This document shows positions 1 through 10,646 of a DNA stretch of 64,000 bases, piece by piece. The stretch lies in IMG/VR virus record IMGVR_UViG_3300022916_000006, positions 32,001-96,000 of that record, one strand, 5' to 3'. The notes beneath the pieces were generated by a model, which made no database searches, was not told the DNA's origin, and saw only the letters and a program-made list of their open reading frames with translations. Within the stretch, counting starts at the first letter, position 1, and every line of letters starts with the position of its first letter. Source of the stretch: a virus. The position numbers and the translations under genes were made by a program.

Positions 1-1
1 T

Positions 2-757
2 CAAGATTATTTGACCATTTTATTTAATAAATCAATAAAAGAAGCAGAGTCATTAGATTTGTATAAAATGTTATTGGATAATATGGTAGAGGAATTTACT
101 AAGATAAAAGATACTCATAATGTTCATATTTGTACTAAAGAAGATTTGGTTGAATTTTATAATGATGGTGTTGAGATAATAAAAGAATTTAAGGCACAGC
201 GAACATCGTTATTTAATACTGATGAATATGACTTAATAGGATGTGAAATTCCATTAGATGTTGAAATATCAAATGGAGTTAAGTGTATTGCATATTTAGA
301 TGTGGTGTTGTGTAATAAAAAGAATGGTATGATTAAAATAATTGATCTAAAAACTGCAACATATGGATGGAATAAATATGCGAAAACAGATAAAGCAAAA
401 GTGAATCAACTTGTTCTATATAAATATCTATATGCAACTCAATATAATATTGATATAACAACCATCGATATTGAGTATTTAATATTAAAGAGAAAACTAT
501 ATGAAAATGCTAAATTTAAAATAAATAGAATGCAAAAGTTTACACCAGCGAGTGGTCATGTTACAGTGGGAGGTGTTGTTAGATCATTACAGAAGTTTGT
601 CACAGAAGCATTTCTATTAACAAGTGAATATAATATGTCTGCAAAGTATGGTAGTTGCAAGGGTGTTGGTAATAAGAATTGTACATATTGTGAATTCAAA
701 AATAAACCAAAACTGTGTGATCCAAAAGGTAGAAAAACCACATTATTATTAAAATGA
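2..757 (+). CDS. PD-(D/E)XK nuclease superfamily protein (Cas4/RecB-like exonuclease), 5' partial
   Basis: Frame is open from the window edge; GCEIPLD...AYLDVV...IIDLKT...QLVLY motifs and C-terminal CTYCEFK...C cysteine cluster. Confidence 0.8.
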   Translation, partial: QDYLTILFNKSIKEAESLDLYKMLLDNMVEEFTKIKDTHNVHICTKEDLVEFYNDGVEIIKEFKAQRTSLFNTDEYDLIGCEIPLDVEISNGVKCIAYLDVVLCNKKNGMIKIIDLKTATYGWNKYAKTDKAKVNQLVLYKYLYATQYNIDITTIDIEYLILKRKLYENAKFKINRMQKFTPASGHVTVGGVVRSLQKFVTEAFLLTSEYNMSAKYGSCKGVGNKNCTYCEFKNKPKLCDPKGRKTTLLLK

Positions 758-797
758 AAATAAATCAAGAAAAGTTGTTGACTTGCGACTTTTAGCC

Positions 798-811
798 TAT
801 ATTTATATATA
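798..811 (+). promoter_or_regulatory. putative promoter/TATTTATA motif upstream of glycan operon
   Basis: TTGTTG(775)-N17-TATATT(798) overlapping TATTTATA; the same TATTTATATAT motif precedes the HNH gene at ~19665. Confidence 0.35.
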
Positions 812-851
812 TAAACAAATAAAAAAACAATGTTGCAGATAAAGGGAAATT

Positions 852-2270
852 ATGACAAAGAAAGTTAACACAAATTCTGAAATTCCATTCAAAGATAGAA
901 AAAAGATATTAATATTAGCAGATGATTTACGAACACATTCTGGTGTAGGAGTTATGACAAAAGAGATTGTTATGGGAATGTTACATCAATATAAAATATG
1001 TCAAATTGGAAGTGCTTTGAATCATCCAAATAGTGGTGAGATTTCAGATTTAAGTGATGCTGTGAAAAAAGATTTAAATCTCAATGATGCATATTTAAAA
1101 ATATATGCAAACAAAGGATATGGTAATCCTGATTTATTGAGAGAAATAATATCAATGGAAAAACCAGATGCTATATTAATTTATACTGATCCAAGATATT
1201 TTGAATGGTTGTTTACTATGGAACATGAAGTGAGACAGACTGTTCCAATTTCATATTATACAATATGGGATGACTTACCTGATCCACTATACAATAAACA
1301 ATATTATAAATCATGTGATCTACTACTACCAATTAGTAAGCAAACACATGGATTATTGCATAGAATTTTAAAAGATGAGAATCTACCAGACTGGGCTATT
1401 CAATATATACCACATGGTATAAATCCAAAACGATTCTTTAAAGTAGATGATGCAGATGAAAAATATGTTGAATTTAAAAATATATTTAAGTTAGATGATT
1501 ATAAATTTAAAATATTATATTCAAATAGAAATATCAGACGTAAAAATCCAGGTGATGTAATATTAGCATATAAACATTTTGTAGATAAACTACCAAAAGA
1601 TAAGGTTAAAGAAGCATTGTTAATATTTCATACTGCACCAGTTGATAATAATGGAACAGATTTACGTGCTGTATGTAAAGATTTATTACCTAAAGAATAT
1701 AATGTATTATTTACACATGATGTGTTTGGTAGACCATTCACCGATGAAGAGATGAACTACATTTTTAATTCAGCTGATATGTATATCAACATGGCATCAA
1801 ATGAAGGATTTGGATTGGGTAGTGCAGAAGCGTTGGCAGTTGAAACTCCAATCATAGTGAATGTCACAGGTGGATTACAAGATCAGTGTGGATTTAGAGA
1901 TGATAATGGTAAATTATTGACAGCAGATGATTATATTGAACTTGGATCAAATCATGAAAAACGATATTTAGATTATGGTGATTGGTGTGAGGCTGTGTTC
2001 CCAAAAGTGTTAACACTTCAAGGTTCTCCACCAACACCGTATATCTACGATGATAAAGCTGATTACAAAGACTTTGGTGATGGATTATTTAAGTGGTATA
2101 ATAAGACTGAAGAAGAACGTGCTGAAGCTGGTAAACATGGTAGAGAGTTCTTATATGGACCCGATGCGTGTATGGGAGTGGATGATATGTGTGCAAGATT
2201 CATTAATGCATATGAAGATTTATTTGCTAATTGGAAACCAAGAACTAGATTTGAATTGTATAAGGTATAA
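852..2270 (+). CDS. glycosyltransferase, GT4/GT-B fold
   Basis: KILILADDLRTHSGVG start, YIPHGIN, NRNIRRKN, ASNEGFGLGSAEALAVETPII (EGFG/E-x7-E motif). Confidence 0.85.
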   Translation: MTKKVNTNSEIPFKDRKKILILADDLRTHSGVGVMTKEIVMGMLHQYKICQIGSALNHPNSGEISDLSDAVKKDLNLNDAYLKIYANKGYGNPDLLREIISMEKPDAILIYTDPRYFEWLFTMEHEVRQTVPISYYTIWDDLPDPLYNKQYYKSCDLLLPISKQTHGLLHRILKDENLPDWAIQYIPHGINPKRFFKVDDADEKYVEFKNIFKLDDYKFKILYSNRNIRRKNPGDVILAYKHFVDKLPKDKVKEALLIFHTAPVDNNGTDLRAVCKDLLPKEYNVLFTHDVFGRPFTDEEMNYIFNSADMYINMASNEGFGLGSAEALAVETPIIVNVTGGLQDQCGFRDDNGKLLTADDYIELGSNHEKRYLDYGDWCEAVFPKVLTLQGSPPTPYIYDDKADYKDFGDGLFKWYNKTEEERAEAGKHGREFLYGPDACMGVDDMCARFINAYEDLFANWKPRTRFELYKV

Positions 2271-2273
2271 TGA

Positions 2274-2531
2274 ATGAATAAAAATAAGAAATTTGCAGAT
2301 GCATTAAAAATTGTAACTGATGAAATAAAAAAAGACCCTGGATTATATATAAGCTATCAATCAAATATAGCTATGATGTTCTATGATACTGTTCTTGATG
2401 ATGCTTATCAAGAAAGAAAATCTCATATAGAAGTAAAAGATATGCATAGATTAGTAAATGAGGCATCAGATAACTTTTTAAGAAGATGGTGTGAATTTAC
2501 AGATGCTGAATGGGTAGCTAAAAAATTATAA
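2274..2531 (+). CDS. hypothetical protein
   Basis: 85-aa ORF tightly packed in operon. Confidence 0.6.
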   Translation: MNKNKKFADALKIVTDEIKKDPGLYISYQSNIAMMFYDTVLDDAYQERKSHIEVKDMHRLVNEASDNFLRRWCEFTDAEWVAKKL

Positions 2532-2538
2532 GGATAAT

Positions 2539-3888
2539 ATGAAAAAACAAATTGCAATATGTGCTCCAGTCACATCAAAATCTGGATATGGGGCACACTC
2601 AAGAGATATAGTAAGAGCAATATTAAGTCTAAATAAATATGAGTTAAAGATACTTGATGTTAGATGGGGTAGTTGTCAAAGAAATGCATTAGATGAAATT
2701 AAAGATAAGAATATCATTGATTGTTTTTCTGATCAATTAACAAGAAAACCAGATGCATATATTGATATTAGAATACCAAATGAATTTGAACAGATATGTG
2801 ATATAAATATTGGAATAACAGCTGGGATTGAAACAACATCAGTATCAACTAAATGGATTGAAGGTTGTAATAAAATGACATCAATTATAGTTCCATCAGT
2901 GCATTCTGCTAATTCATTTCTTAATACATCATATGATATGTTAGATACCAAAGATAATAATAAAAAGATTGGATCACTTAAAGTTGAAAAGCCAATGCAT
3001 GTTATTTTCGAGGGTGCTGATGCAAATATATATAAACCACTTAAAGTGAATGAGATGGATACTAATATATTGAAATTGTTGAATGATACAATATCAGAAC
3101 AGTTTTGTTTCTTATTTGTTGGTCAATGGGGTAAAGGTAATATGGGTGAAGATCGAAAAGATATTGGCACATTAATTAAAACATTCATTGAAACATTTGC
3201 TAATAGAAGCAAACAACCTGCCTTGATTTTGAAAACAAATGGTGCTGGATATTCATGTGGTGAAGAATCAAATATAATCAATAATATAAATTTAATTAAA
3301 GCAATGTTTCCAGATACTGTGAAAATGCCAAATATATATTTATTGCATGGTGATCTAACAGATGATGAAATGAATAGTTTATATAATCATCCAAAAGTTA
3401 AAGCGATGGTATCATTTACACATGGTGAAGGATATGGAAGACCATTATTGGAAGCGACTATGGTTGGATTACCTGTCATTGCATCTGATTGGAGTGGACA
3501 AAAGGATTTCTTAACTGGTGAACATTCAATATTGTTGGGTGGAGAATTGCAACAAATACCACAAAATATTGTGTGGAAAGATATTCTAATTCCTGAAAGT
3601 GCATGGTTTAATATCAATATAGATCAAGCACGACAATCACTATCATACATGTTTTCGAACTATATGATTATGAAACGTAAGGCTGAAACATTAATGCGAA
3701 TGAATAGAGACAAGTTCACATTGAAGAAGATGGCAGTTCAGTTTGATAAATATCTTGATAGTATTTTTAATTCCTTTGGTGAACAACAAATAAAATTACC
3801 AGAAAAGATAAAATTACCAAAATTGAAAAAAGTTGAAAAACCACAAAAAATTGAATTACCTAAATTAAAGCGAATTGTGAAAAAATAA
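2539..3888 (+). CDS. glycosyltransferase, GT4/GT-B fold
   Basis: SGYGAHSRD, FLFVGQW...RKDI, FTHGEGYGRPLLEA...GLPVIASDWSG; C-terminal KLPKLKK repeats. Confidence 0.85.
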   Translation: MKKQIAICAPVTSKSGYGAHSRDIVRAILSLNKYELKILDVRWGSCQRNALDEIKDKNIIDCFSDQLTRKPDAYIDIRIPNEFEQICDINIGITAGIETTSVSTKWIEGCNKMTSIIVPSVHSANSFLNTSYDMLDTKDNNKKIGSLKVEKPMHVIFEGADANIYKPLKVNEMDTNILKLLNDTISEQFCFLFVGQWGKGNMGEDRKDIGTLIKTFIETFANRSKQPALILKTNGAGYSCGEESNIINNINLIKAMFPDTVKMPNIYLLHGDLTDDEMNSLYNHPKVKAMVSFTHGEGYGRPLLEATMVGLPVIASDWSGQKDFLTGEHSILLGGELQQIPQNIVWKDILIPESAWFNINIDQARQSLSYMFSNYMIMKRKAETLMRMNRDKFTLKKMAVQFDKYLDSIFNSFGEQQIKLPEKIKLPKLKKVEKPQKIELPKLKRIVKK

Positions 3889-3895
3889 GGAAAAC

Positions 3896-4366
3896 ATGGA
3901 ACAAAATAGAATAACAACAAATTGCCCACTGTGTGATTCATTGGGAACATTAGATGTAGTGACATTACCAAGTACAATACAGAATATGCAATGTATATCA
4001 TGTGGGTATACAACTTCAACAGATTATGATGCAACAAATATGGAATTTCATACTGCATATATTAATATTGAAGAGAAATTAAAACAACATATCAAGATTA
4101 AAAATGATACCTTTTGGATTCCAATTGTTATGATGTTACCAAGTGGAGCTATTACACCATCTGCTAGTAAAGATGATTCATTAAAATGGAATGTATCTCT
4201 ATTGGTAGATATTCCAGAAGAAGAACAGTTTGCTTATCCAGATAGTACGGGTGGTTTTTATCAACAGAGGTATGATGTAGAACATTATGTTATTTTTGAC
4301 ACGTTCAAAGGTGCATTAAATTCATTAATAGATTTGAACAATAGAATTGCAGATAATAGATCATAG
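3896..4366 (+). CDS. hypothetical protein with N-terminal Zn ribbon
   Basis: CPLC...CISC. Confidence 0.6.
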   Translation: MEQNRITTNCPLCDSLGTLDVVTLPSTIQNMQCISCGYTTSTDYDATNMEFHTAYINIEEKLKQHIKIKNDTFWIPIVMMLPSGAITPSASKDDSLKWNVSLLVDIPEEEQFAYPDSTGGFYQQRYDVEHYVIFDTFKGALNSLIDLNNRIADNRS

Positions 4367-4814
4367 ACGTAAGATAACACTTAGGCAATCAGTTTATCAT
4401 ATAAATAAACTATTACCTGGTATGATAATTCAATTTTCATATTATGGTGAGGAACGGGTTGATAAGCGACCATTGATATTATTTTTATATCATGATAGAA
4501 CGAAAAAACTAGTACATGGTATTAATTTAAATTATATATATGATTATGAAGTGCAACAAATATTTGATAATGCGGCTAAAATAACAAAAGTTAAAATGGA
4601 AAATGAATCAATATTATCAGAGAAAGAATATACAAGAATACTTATTCCAAGAAGTAGATCAGAGCAAACAACCAAGAAGTTATATGAGAATATAATTAAA
4701 CCAACTCTGATTGAATATGATATATATCGAACGTATAAACCAGCTAAAATTAGAAGAATTAAATTGGTTACATATAAATTAGGTAGAGGCAAGATCACTA
4801 AACAAAAATTATAA
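4347..4814 (+). CDS. hypothetical protein, possibly DNA end-protector (T4 gp2)-like
   Basis: PGMIIQFSY...DKRPLILF...HGINLNY resembles, from memory, the PG..Y.F.Y...D..PL...GLNLHY pattern of end-protector proteins. Confidence 0.4.
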   Translation: MQIIDHRRKITLRQSVYHINKLLPGMIIQFSYYGEERVDKRPLILFLYHDRTKKLVHGINLNYIYDYEVQQIFDNAAKITKVKMENESILSEKEYTRILIPRSRSEQTTKKLYENIIKPTLIEYDIYRTYKPAKIRRIKLVTYKLGRGKITKQKL

Positions 4815-4823
4815 GAGGTAGAC

Positions 4824-5672
4824 ATGAAAATATCATACGCCATTATGTGCCATAATGAGGGTGATGAGTTGAGAACATTAATAGATACTATTGTAGAACA
4901 TATTACAGACGAAGATGAGATAGTATTATTGGATGATTATTCAACAAACAAAGAGACAAAATTATTAATAGATACTTATGTTCCAATACATAATATCGTA
5001 TATGAACAACGTCATTTATATAGTGACTTCGCTGGACAAAAGAATCATTTAAGAAAGATGTGTTCAGGTGATTATATTTTTAATTTAGATGCCGATGAAG
5101 TTCCACATAAATGGTTATTAGCTAATATAAAAGAAGTGTTGTCATTAAATGATAATGTAGATTTATATTTATTGCCTAGACTTAATGTGGTACATGGCAT
5201 TGGTATGTCTCATGTGAATAAATGGGGTTGGAATATATCAGCACATCCACGTCATATTAAATATGAAGTTTTTGATACTGACACAGATCAATATGAATTA
5301 TTAAAGAAATCAGACTTAATTATAAATGAATATTTACCATCTGAATTGAGTACCAAATTAGCTGGTGATACTAAATTATTAACTGGATTATATAAGAGTA
5401 AATATAATAACAAAAATTTAGGTGAGTTCATGGCTGAAGTAGATGGAACTAAACAAGTTGTAGTATATAAAGCACCAATAGTTAATTGGCCTGATAGACA
5501 AGGTAGGATATGGAAAAACATACCAAATATAAGATGGGAAGGGTATGTGCATGAACGAATAGTTGGATACACAAAATACTCAAGATTTCCAGATGATATG
5601 CAATATTCAATTATACACGTCAAGGAAATAGCAAAACAAGTTACACAGAACGAATTCTACGATACAATATAA
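4824..5672 (+). CDS. glycosyltransferase family 2 (GT-A)
   Basis: MKISYAIMCHNE, LLDDYS, DFAGQKN, FNLDADE, WEGYVHERI. Confidence 0.85.
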   Translation: MKISYAIMCHNEGDELRTLIDTIVEHITDEDEIVLLDDYSTNKETKLLIDTYVPIHNIVYEQRHLYSDFAGQKNHLRKMCSGDYIFNLDADEVPHKWLLANIKEVLSLNDNVDLYLLPRLNVVHGIGMSHVNKWGWNISAHPRHIKYEVFDTDTDQYELLKKSDLIINEYLPSELSTKLAGDTKLLTGLYKSKYNNKNLGEFMAEVDGTKQVVVYKAPIVNWPDRQGRIWKNIPNIRWEGYVHERIVGYTKYSRFPDDMQYSIIHVKEIAKQVTQNEFYDTI

Positions 5673-5680
5673 GAGATAAT

Positions 5681-6529
5681 ATGCATTTTTGGAGAATAGT
5701 AGATAATGTTCTATATAAAGTCAATGATACTGACAATTTGGGATTCACAATTAATGATCCGTCATACATACCAGATGAATATTTAGATGATCAAAAGTTT
5801 TGCATTATGAGAACTTGTCATGGTATTGGAGATTGGGGAATCATATCGGCAATGCCTAGATTGTTAAAAGAGAAGTATCCAAAATGTACAGTGCAAGTTC
5901 CAAGTGAAATGATGATGAATACTATATTTGGTGATAATAATACTAAACATAAAATGTCCAATGTGATATTTAAAAACAATCCATATGTTGATGACTTTAT
6001 TGATTCAGTAGATGGTGATGTATATCATGACCATTATAGAATTTATGATGATAATAATGCTAATACACCACTCATCAATCAAATACTTAAATTCTGGCAA
6101 TTCGATGCTAATGAGTATGTAGATAATCAACCAGAAATATATTGGACTAGTGATGAAAAGAAATTAGGTAATGATATAATAGATGAATATGTGGGTGGTG
6201 GTAAGTTTGGATGTTTATTATTATCAGATAGATATGACTATAAACGAAATGATATGATATCAAAATATTTAAGATTACATAGAGATATTAAATGGTTATA
6301 TTGGACATCAAAACCATTATCTGAAATTGATATATATAAACCAGAATTTGTATTGGATATGAGACATATTGATATTAGAGTTCAACTATACATTAAATCT
6401 AAAGCTACGTTAAATTTAGGAAGTCAAACAGGAATGACTCAAACAGTTGCACGTTATTCAAATTTATTAACAATACAGAGACAGTTTCCAATTGGAAGTA
6501 ATTATGTTAAAGGTGAAATATATATATGA
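5681..6529 (+). CDS. GT9 (heptosyltransferase)-like protein
   Basis: HGIGDWGIISAMPRLLKEKYP resembles the GT9 N-terminal GIGD...P.LK..YP motif. Confidence 0.55.
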   Translation: MHFWRIVDNVLYKVNDTDNLGFTINDPSYIPDEYLDDQKFCIMRTCHGIGDWGIISAMPRLLKEKYPKCTVQVPSEMMMNTIFGDNNTKHKMSNVIFKNNPYVDDFIDSVDGDVYHDHYRIYDDNNANTPLINQILKFWQFDANEYVDNQPEIYWTSDEKKLGNDIIDEYVGGGKFGCLLLSDRYDYKRNDMISKYLRLHRDIKWLYWTSKPLSEIDIYKPEFVLDMRHIDIRVQLYIKSKATLNLGSQTGMTQTVARYSNLLTIQRQFPIGSNYVKGEIYI

Positions 6530-7482
6530 AAATAGTTGTTATATCACCCAAAGACAAGATGGATTATTTAGCTGAAACTATAATTGAAGGGTTGTATGCA
6601 AATGATGTTGAAATATATGCATCAGACGCAGGCAATGGTATAAAACCAAATGATGTATATAGTGATTTTGATATATTGAAACATTCGAAAACGTGTGATT
6701 TCATTTTTGTGATTTGGGGAAAAGTTATTGGTGGATATACTGGACCTAAATATTATTTACATGATATGATAAATTTACCACATAAGACAATATATATTGA
6801 TGGTAGTGAGTGGACACAAACAGGACATCCAAAACATAACCAAGTTAAACTAGCAAAAGCTGATCAGACTCTTCGTAGAGGAATGCCGTGGATTAATGAG
6901 AAGATGCTAACATCATGCAATTGGTATTTCAAGAGAGAATGTTATCCAGCTGATGTGGAGCTTGGAATTATACCATTGTTATTTGGGACACTTGATAGGA
7001 ATTTCTATAATGAAACTACTGATAAAGAATATGATGTATTCTGTGCATTTGGGCAATTGAATGATGGTTTGCGATCTGAAATAACGGAAGTGTGTCGTAA
7101 AATAAAATCAGATGGATATAATGTCATAGTAGATAGTGGTATGGAATATGATGAATATAAGATGAAATTATCAAAATCATACATATCAATTGATTCATGG
7201 GGTGGTGGTGATTGTTGTGCTAGATTGTGGGAAATATTTGCCAATAAGTCATGTGCATTTTCACAGAGATATAATATAGAATTTCCAGACAAATTCATTG
7301 ATGGTGTGAGTTTTGTAGAATTTGATACCATCAATAACTTTGAGGATAAATTGAGATATTATTTATACAATAGAGAAAAAACATTAGCAATAGCAGAAGC
7401 TGGTTATGATCACATGATGAAATATCATACAGCTAAATATAGAGTTGAATATATATTTAATATGATTGGATGCCCATTATGA
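6526..7482 (+). CDS. CgeB-like / GT-B glycosyltransferase
   Basis: C-terminal RLWEIFANKS...FIDG...EDKLRYYL...REKTLAIAEAGY..MMKYHT pattern. Confidence 0.65.
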   Translation: MKIVVISPKDKMDYLAETIIEGLYANDVEIYASDAGNGIKPNDVYSDFDILKHSKTCDFIFVIWGKVIGGYTGPKYYLHDMINLPHKTIYIDGSEWTQTGHPKHNQVKLAKADQTLRRGMPWINEKMLTSCNWYFKRECYPADVELGIIPLLFGTLDRNFYNETTDKEYDVFCAFGQLNDGLRSEITEVCRKIKSDGYNVIVDSGMEYDEYKMKLSKSYISIDSWGGGDCCARLWEIFANKSCAFSQRYNIEFPDKFIDGVSFVEFDTINNFEDKLRYYLYNREKTLAIAEAGYDHMMKYHTAKYRVEYIFNMIGCPL

Positions 7483-8378
7483 AACGTTTAATAACTGGTG
7501 GTAGTGGATTCATTGGTAAGAATTTAATTGGTGATATTAAGCTATCAAGTGCAAATATAGATTTAACTAATTATGATAATACGATTAATTGTTTTAGATT
7601 TCATTCACCAGATGTTATAATACACTGTGCCGCTAAACATGGAAATTATCTTAATATGAAGAATAATCCTGTAGATCATTTCACTGAAAATATGGCTATA
7701 AATATGAATGTATTAAGATCAGCTATGGAATTGGATATTGATAAAGTTATAATGTTTTCATCAGTTACAGCTTTTCCACATTCAGTTTGGGCGTGTGAAG
7801 AGTCATTGTTACATTTAGGTGAACCACATGCTGAATCGTATGGTCATGGGTATGCTAAACGTATGATTGAAGTGTTGGTTCGGGCATATAGAGAACAGTA
7901 TGGATTGAATTATGTGTGTATGTTTATGTCAAATGTATATGGTCCTCATAATGATTTTAATGTAGAAACGTCTACAGTTGTATCAAATTTAATACGTAAA
8001 TGTCACACAGCTAAAATTAAGAATGAAAATCTAACTGTATATGGTGATGGTACACCAGAGCGTGATTTTATGTATGTGAATGATATTAATGATGTGGTAG
8101 ATCGAGTGATAGATAATTTTGATGATGATACAGGTGGAAGTGTAATAATATCAAATAGCCATCCAGTATCGATTAAACAATTAGTTAATATCATATCAGA
8201 TGCTATGGACTTTAAAGGTAAGATTATATGGCAACCAAATGCCAATGTTGGTCAATCAATTAAAGTATCTAACAATTCAAAGTTGATGAGTATGTATCCA
8301 GATTTAAAATTCACTGATATAGAAGATGGGATAAGAATGACCGTTGAGTGGTTTTTATCTAATGTGAGTAAGATATGA
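7479..8378 (+). CDS. fcl: GDP-L-fucose synthase (NAD-dependent epimerase/reductase)
   Basis: LITGGSGFIG, IHCAAKHG, YGYAKRM (YxxxK), NVYGPHDNF-like, YGDGTPERDFMYV; ATG 7479 overlaps upstream stop. Confidence 0.8.
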   Translation: MKRLITGGSGFIGKNLIGDIKLSSANIDLTNYDNTINCFRFHSPDVIIHCAAKHGNYLNMKNNPVDHFTENMAINMNVLRSAMELDIDKVIMFSSVTAFPHSVWACEESLLHLGEPHAESYGHGYAKRMIEVLVRAYREQYGLNYVCMFMSNVYGPHNDFNVETSTVVSNLIRKCHTAKIKNENLTVYGDGTPERDFMYVNDINDVVDRVIDNFDDDTGGSVIISNSHPVSIKQLVNIISDAMDFKGKIIWQPNANVGQSIKVSNNSKLMSMYPDLKFTDIEDGIRMTVEWFLSNVSKI

Positions 8379-9166
8379 TAACAGTAGTGACTCCAATATA
8401 TATCAACACGGATGATAGACTTAGATATTTTAGAGAAACGATTGAGTCATTTTATGAACATTTAGAATATGATCAAGATATAATACATAATTTAGTAAAT
8501 GATAGATCAGACGATAAATATACTGAAGACATTCAAGAAATATGTGAAGATTATAATATAAACATTATACATACTATGCCTTCAAATAGAGAGTATTTTT
8601 CTGATGTTATTAAAATATTATTATCATCAGTTGATACAGAATATTATTTGTATTTAGAACCAGATTATCATTTTTATTTGAATTATGATTATATTACACC
8701 AATCTTGAAATTGTATGAGATTAGACCAGAATTACATCAAGTATATCTCAGACATGGTATACATAATAATAAAGGTCGTAGTGCATTTAAGAAACTATAT
8801 ATGCGAGATGATAAATTAATAACACCAGATAATACTATTTTGAATAGGCATGTTATTGATGATAATAATGTTGGGTGGACTGGTAAGGGAACTGAACATG
8901 AAACATTTTCAACAAATCCATCAATATTTAAATTGAGTACAGTGTTACCATATTTTAGTCAGAATTTAAACTTTAAAACACCAGGAACATTTGAAACACA
9001 TTGGTGGAGAGAATGGGAAAATAAAAAAGAAGTTGGTTATTTAAATGGACAAAGTTTTTGTTATCACATTGGTAAATTGGGTGGACTAAACAATAATAAA
9101 TTATATGCGGCATTGGAAATCAATGATATTGATTATGAATCAGTATATTCTAATAAATTCGTATAA
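8375..9166 (+). CDS. GT2-like glycosyltransferase
   Basis: ITVVTPIY, NDRS, YLYLEPDY (DxD-like), FSTNPSI. Confidence 0.55.
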   Translation: MITVVTPIYINTDDRLRYFRETIESFYEHLEYDQDIIHNLVNDRSDDKYTEDIQEICEDYNINIIHTMPSNREYFSDVIKILLSSVDTEYYLYLEPDYHFYLNYDYITPILKLYEIRPELHQVYLRHGIHNNKGRSAFKKLYMRDDKLITPDNTILNRHVIDDNNVGWTGKGTEHETFSTNPSIFKLSTVLPYFSQNLNFKTPGTFETHWWREWENKKEVGYLNGQSFCYHIGKLGGLNNNKLYAALEINDIDYESVYSNKFV

Positions 9167-9181
9167 TAATTGGAGATGAAG

Positions 9182-9829
9182 ATGAGATATTTGACAGAGC
9201 TTGGAAATAAGTATGGTACTGACAGAGCTAGTGTGGTTGGATGTAAACATAATTACACTGAAATATATGATGAGATATTCGGGACATATAGACATGATGT
9301 TAAACGAGTATTAGAGATTGGGACATATTTAGGTGCTGGTTTGAAGATGTGGCAAGATTACTTTCCAAATGCTACAATATATGGTCTGGAGTATAAGCGA
9401 TTTCCAGATGTAAAATATGATGATACTGATGAGAGAATAATATCAGTGATTGGTGATCAAACAAGTAGAACAGATTGGAGTTCATTTATTGACACATATG
9501 GTGGTGACTTTGATATAATAATAGACGATGGTGAACATGATACGTTTCACCATCAAATTAGTATGGGTATGTTATTTAAACATTTAAATAGTGATGGATG
9601 TTATATCATAGAGGACTTATTTACAACAAGAGCAACAGACACAAGAAATTTGATAACAACTTATGAACAATCAGGTAAAATTGTTGGAAGTCATTTTACT
9701 GAGGATGAAAGAAAATATATTGCATCTAATATTAAATCTCATATTAAGCATAATGGATATTGGCGTGGTAATAGTAAGAATCCTGGTAGTAATGACATAT
9801 TAAAATTATGGGTGGTGACTAAGAAATGA
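9182..9829 (+). CDS. class I SAM-dependent (sugar O-)methyltransferase
   Basis: KYGTD..HNYTEIY, VLEIG, MWQDYFPNATIYGLE, FDIIIDDGEH, GCYIIEDL; start placed after GGAG SD (ORF track starts at 9170). Confidence 0.8.
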   Translation: MRYLTELGNKYGTDRASVVGCKHNYTEIYDEIFGTYRHDVKRVLEIGTYLGAGLKMWQDYFPNATIYGLEYKRFPDVKYDDTDERIISVIGDQTSRTDWSSFIDTYGGDFDIIIDDGEHDTFHHQISMGMLFKHLNSDGCYIIEDLFTTRATDTRNLITTYEQSGKIVGSHFTEDERKYIASNIKSHIKHNGYWRGNSKNPGSNDILKLWVVTKK

Positions 9830-10638
9830 AAAACAATAAGATATTGGTTGTAATACCAACAACAGCAGGTAGATTGCCATTACTTAAAAAGGTATTAACA
9901 TCAGTGTATTCTAATACAGATTATGATATTAAAACGATAGTTGTTAAAAATGGTACATTCTCAGATTCAGAATATAATGATTTTGATTTTGAAATACCTA
10001 ATGTGATAAAAACAACATCAGATGTTGGAGGTCATATTGCAATGGCGATGAACGTAGGACTTGGATATTTAACAGATGAGCATTGGTTTTTATATCAAGA
10101 AGATGATTTTGTAATATCAACTGAAGATTGGTTGAATCAGATAATTAATACATATGAATCGATTAATAACTGTGGTGCATTGGGAGTTAGATTACATGGT
10201 AGTCAACGTAATAGAGTGATTAAAGACTTCAAGATCAAAGATAAAGACACGTATGAAGTATATTGGTCTGATGGTATAACATTGATAGATGCTGATATAA
10301 TTAGACAGCATAATTTAATATATGATCCACACATGATGACTGTACCTAATGCTGATATAAATCTACAGTTATTGGCATTAAAATATGAAAACTGGAGAAC
10401 AGAATTAACATATACACACCATCATACACCAGGATCGAAAACAGGCACACCAAAATGGAGATATGCAGATACATATGTTGATATGGATGTTGGTGATTGT
10501 CAAATATATTTGAAATATAATAATTCTGGTAATGATAAAATACAAGCATGGGTAGATTCTGATACAGTACGAGCTACCAATTGGTTAATTCGTAATAATC
10601 GACAAAATGAAGATTACAAAAAATTTAAAACTTTATAG
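9826..10638 (+). CDS. glycosyltransferase family 2
   Basis: ILVVIPT, AMNVGL, FLYQEDDF. Confidence 0.7.
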   Translation: MKNNKILVVIPTTAGRLPLLKKVLTSVYSNTDYDIKTIVVKNGTFSDSEYNDFDFEIPNVIKTTSDVGGHIAMAMNVGLGYLTDEHWFLYQEDDFVISTEDWLNQIINTYESINNCGALGVRLHGSQRNRVIKDFKIKDKDTYEVYWSDGITLIDADIIRQHNLIYDPHMMTVPNADINLQLLALKYENWRTELTYTHHHTPGSKTGTPKWRYADTYVDMDVGDCQIYLKYNNSGNDKIQAWVDSDTVRATNWLIRNNRQNEDYKKFKTL

Positions 10639-10646
10639 GATATAAT

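Noticed and set aside
2-757. Cas4 as part of a CRISPR-Cas locus
   Set aside because: Stand-alone PD-(D/E)XK nucleases are common in phages; no other cas genes or repeats are nearby in the window.
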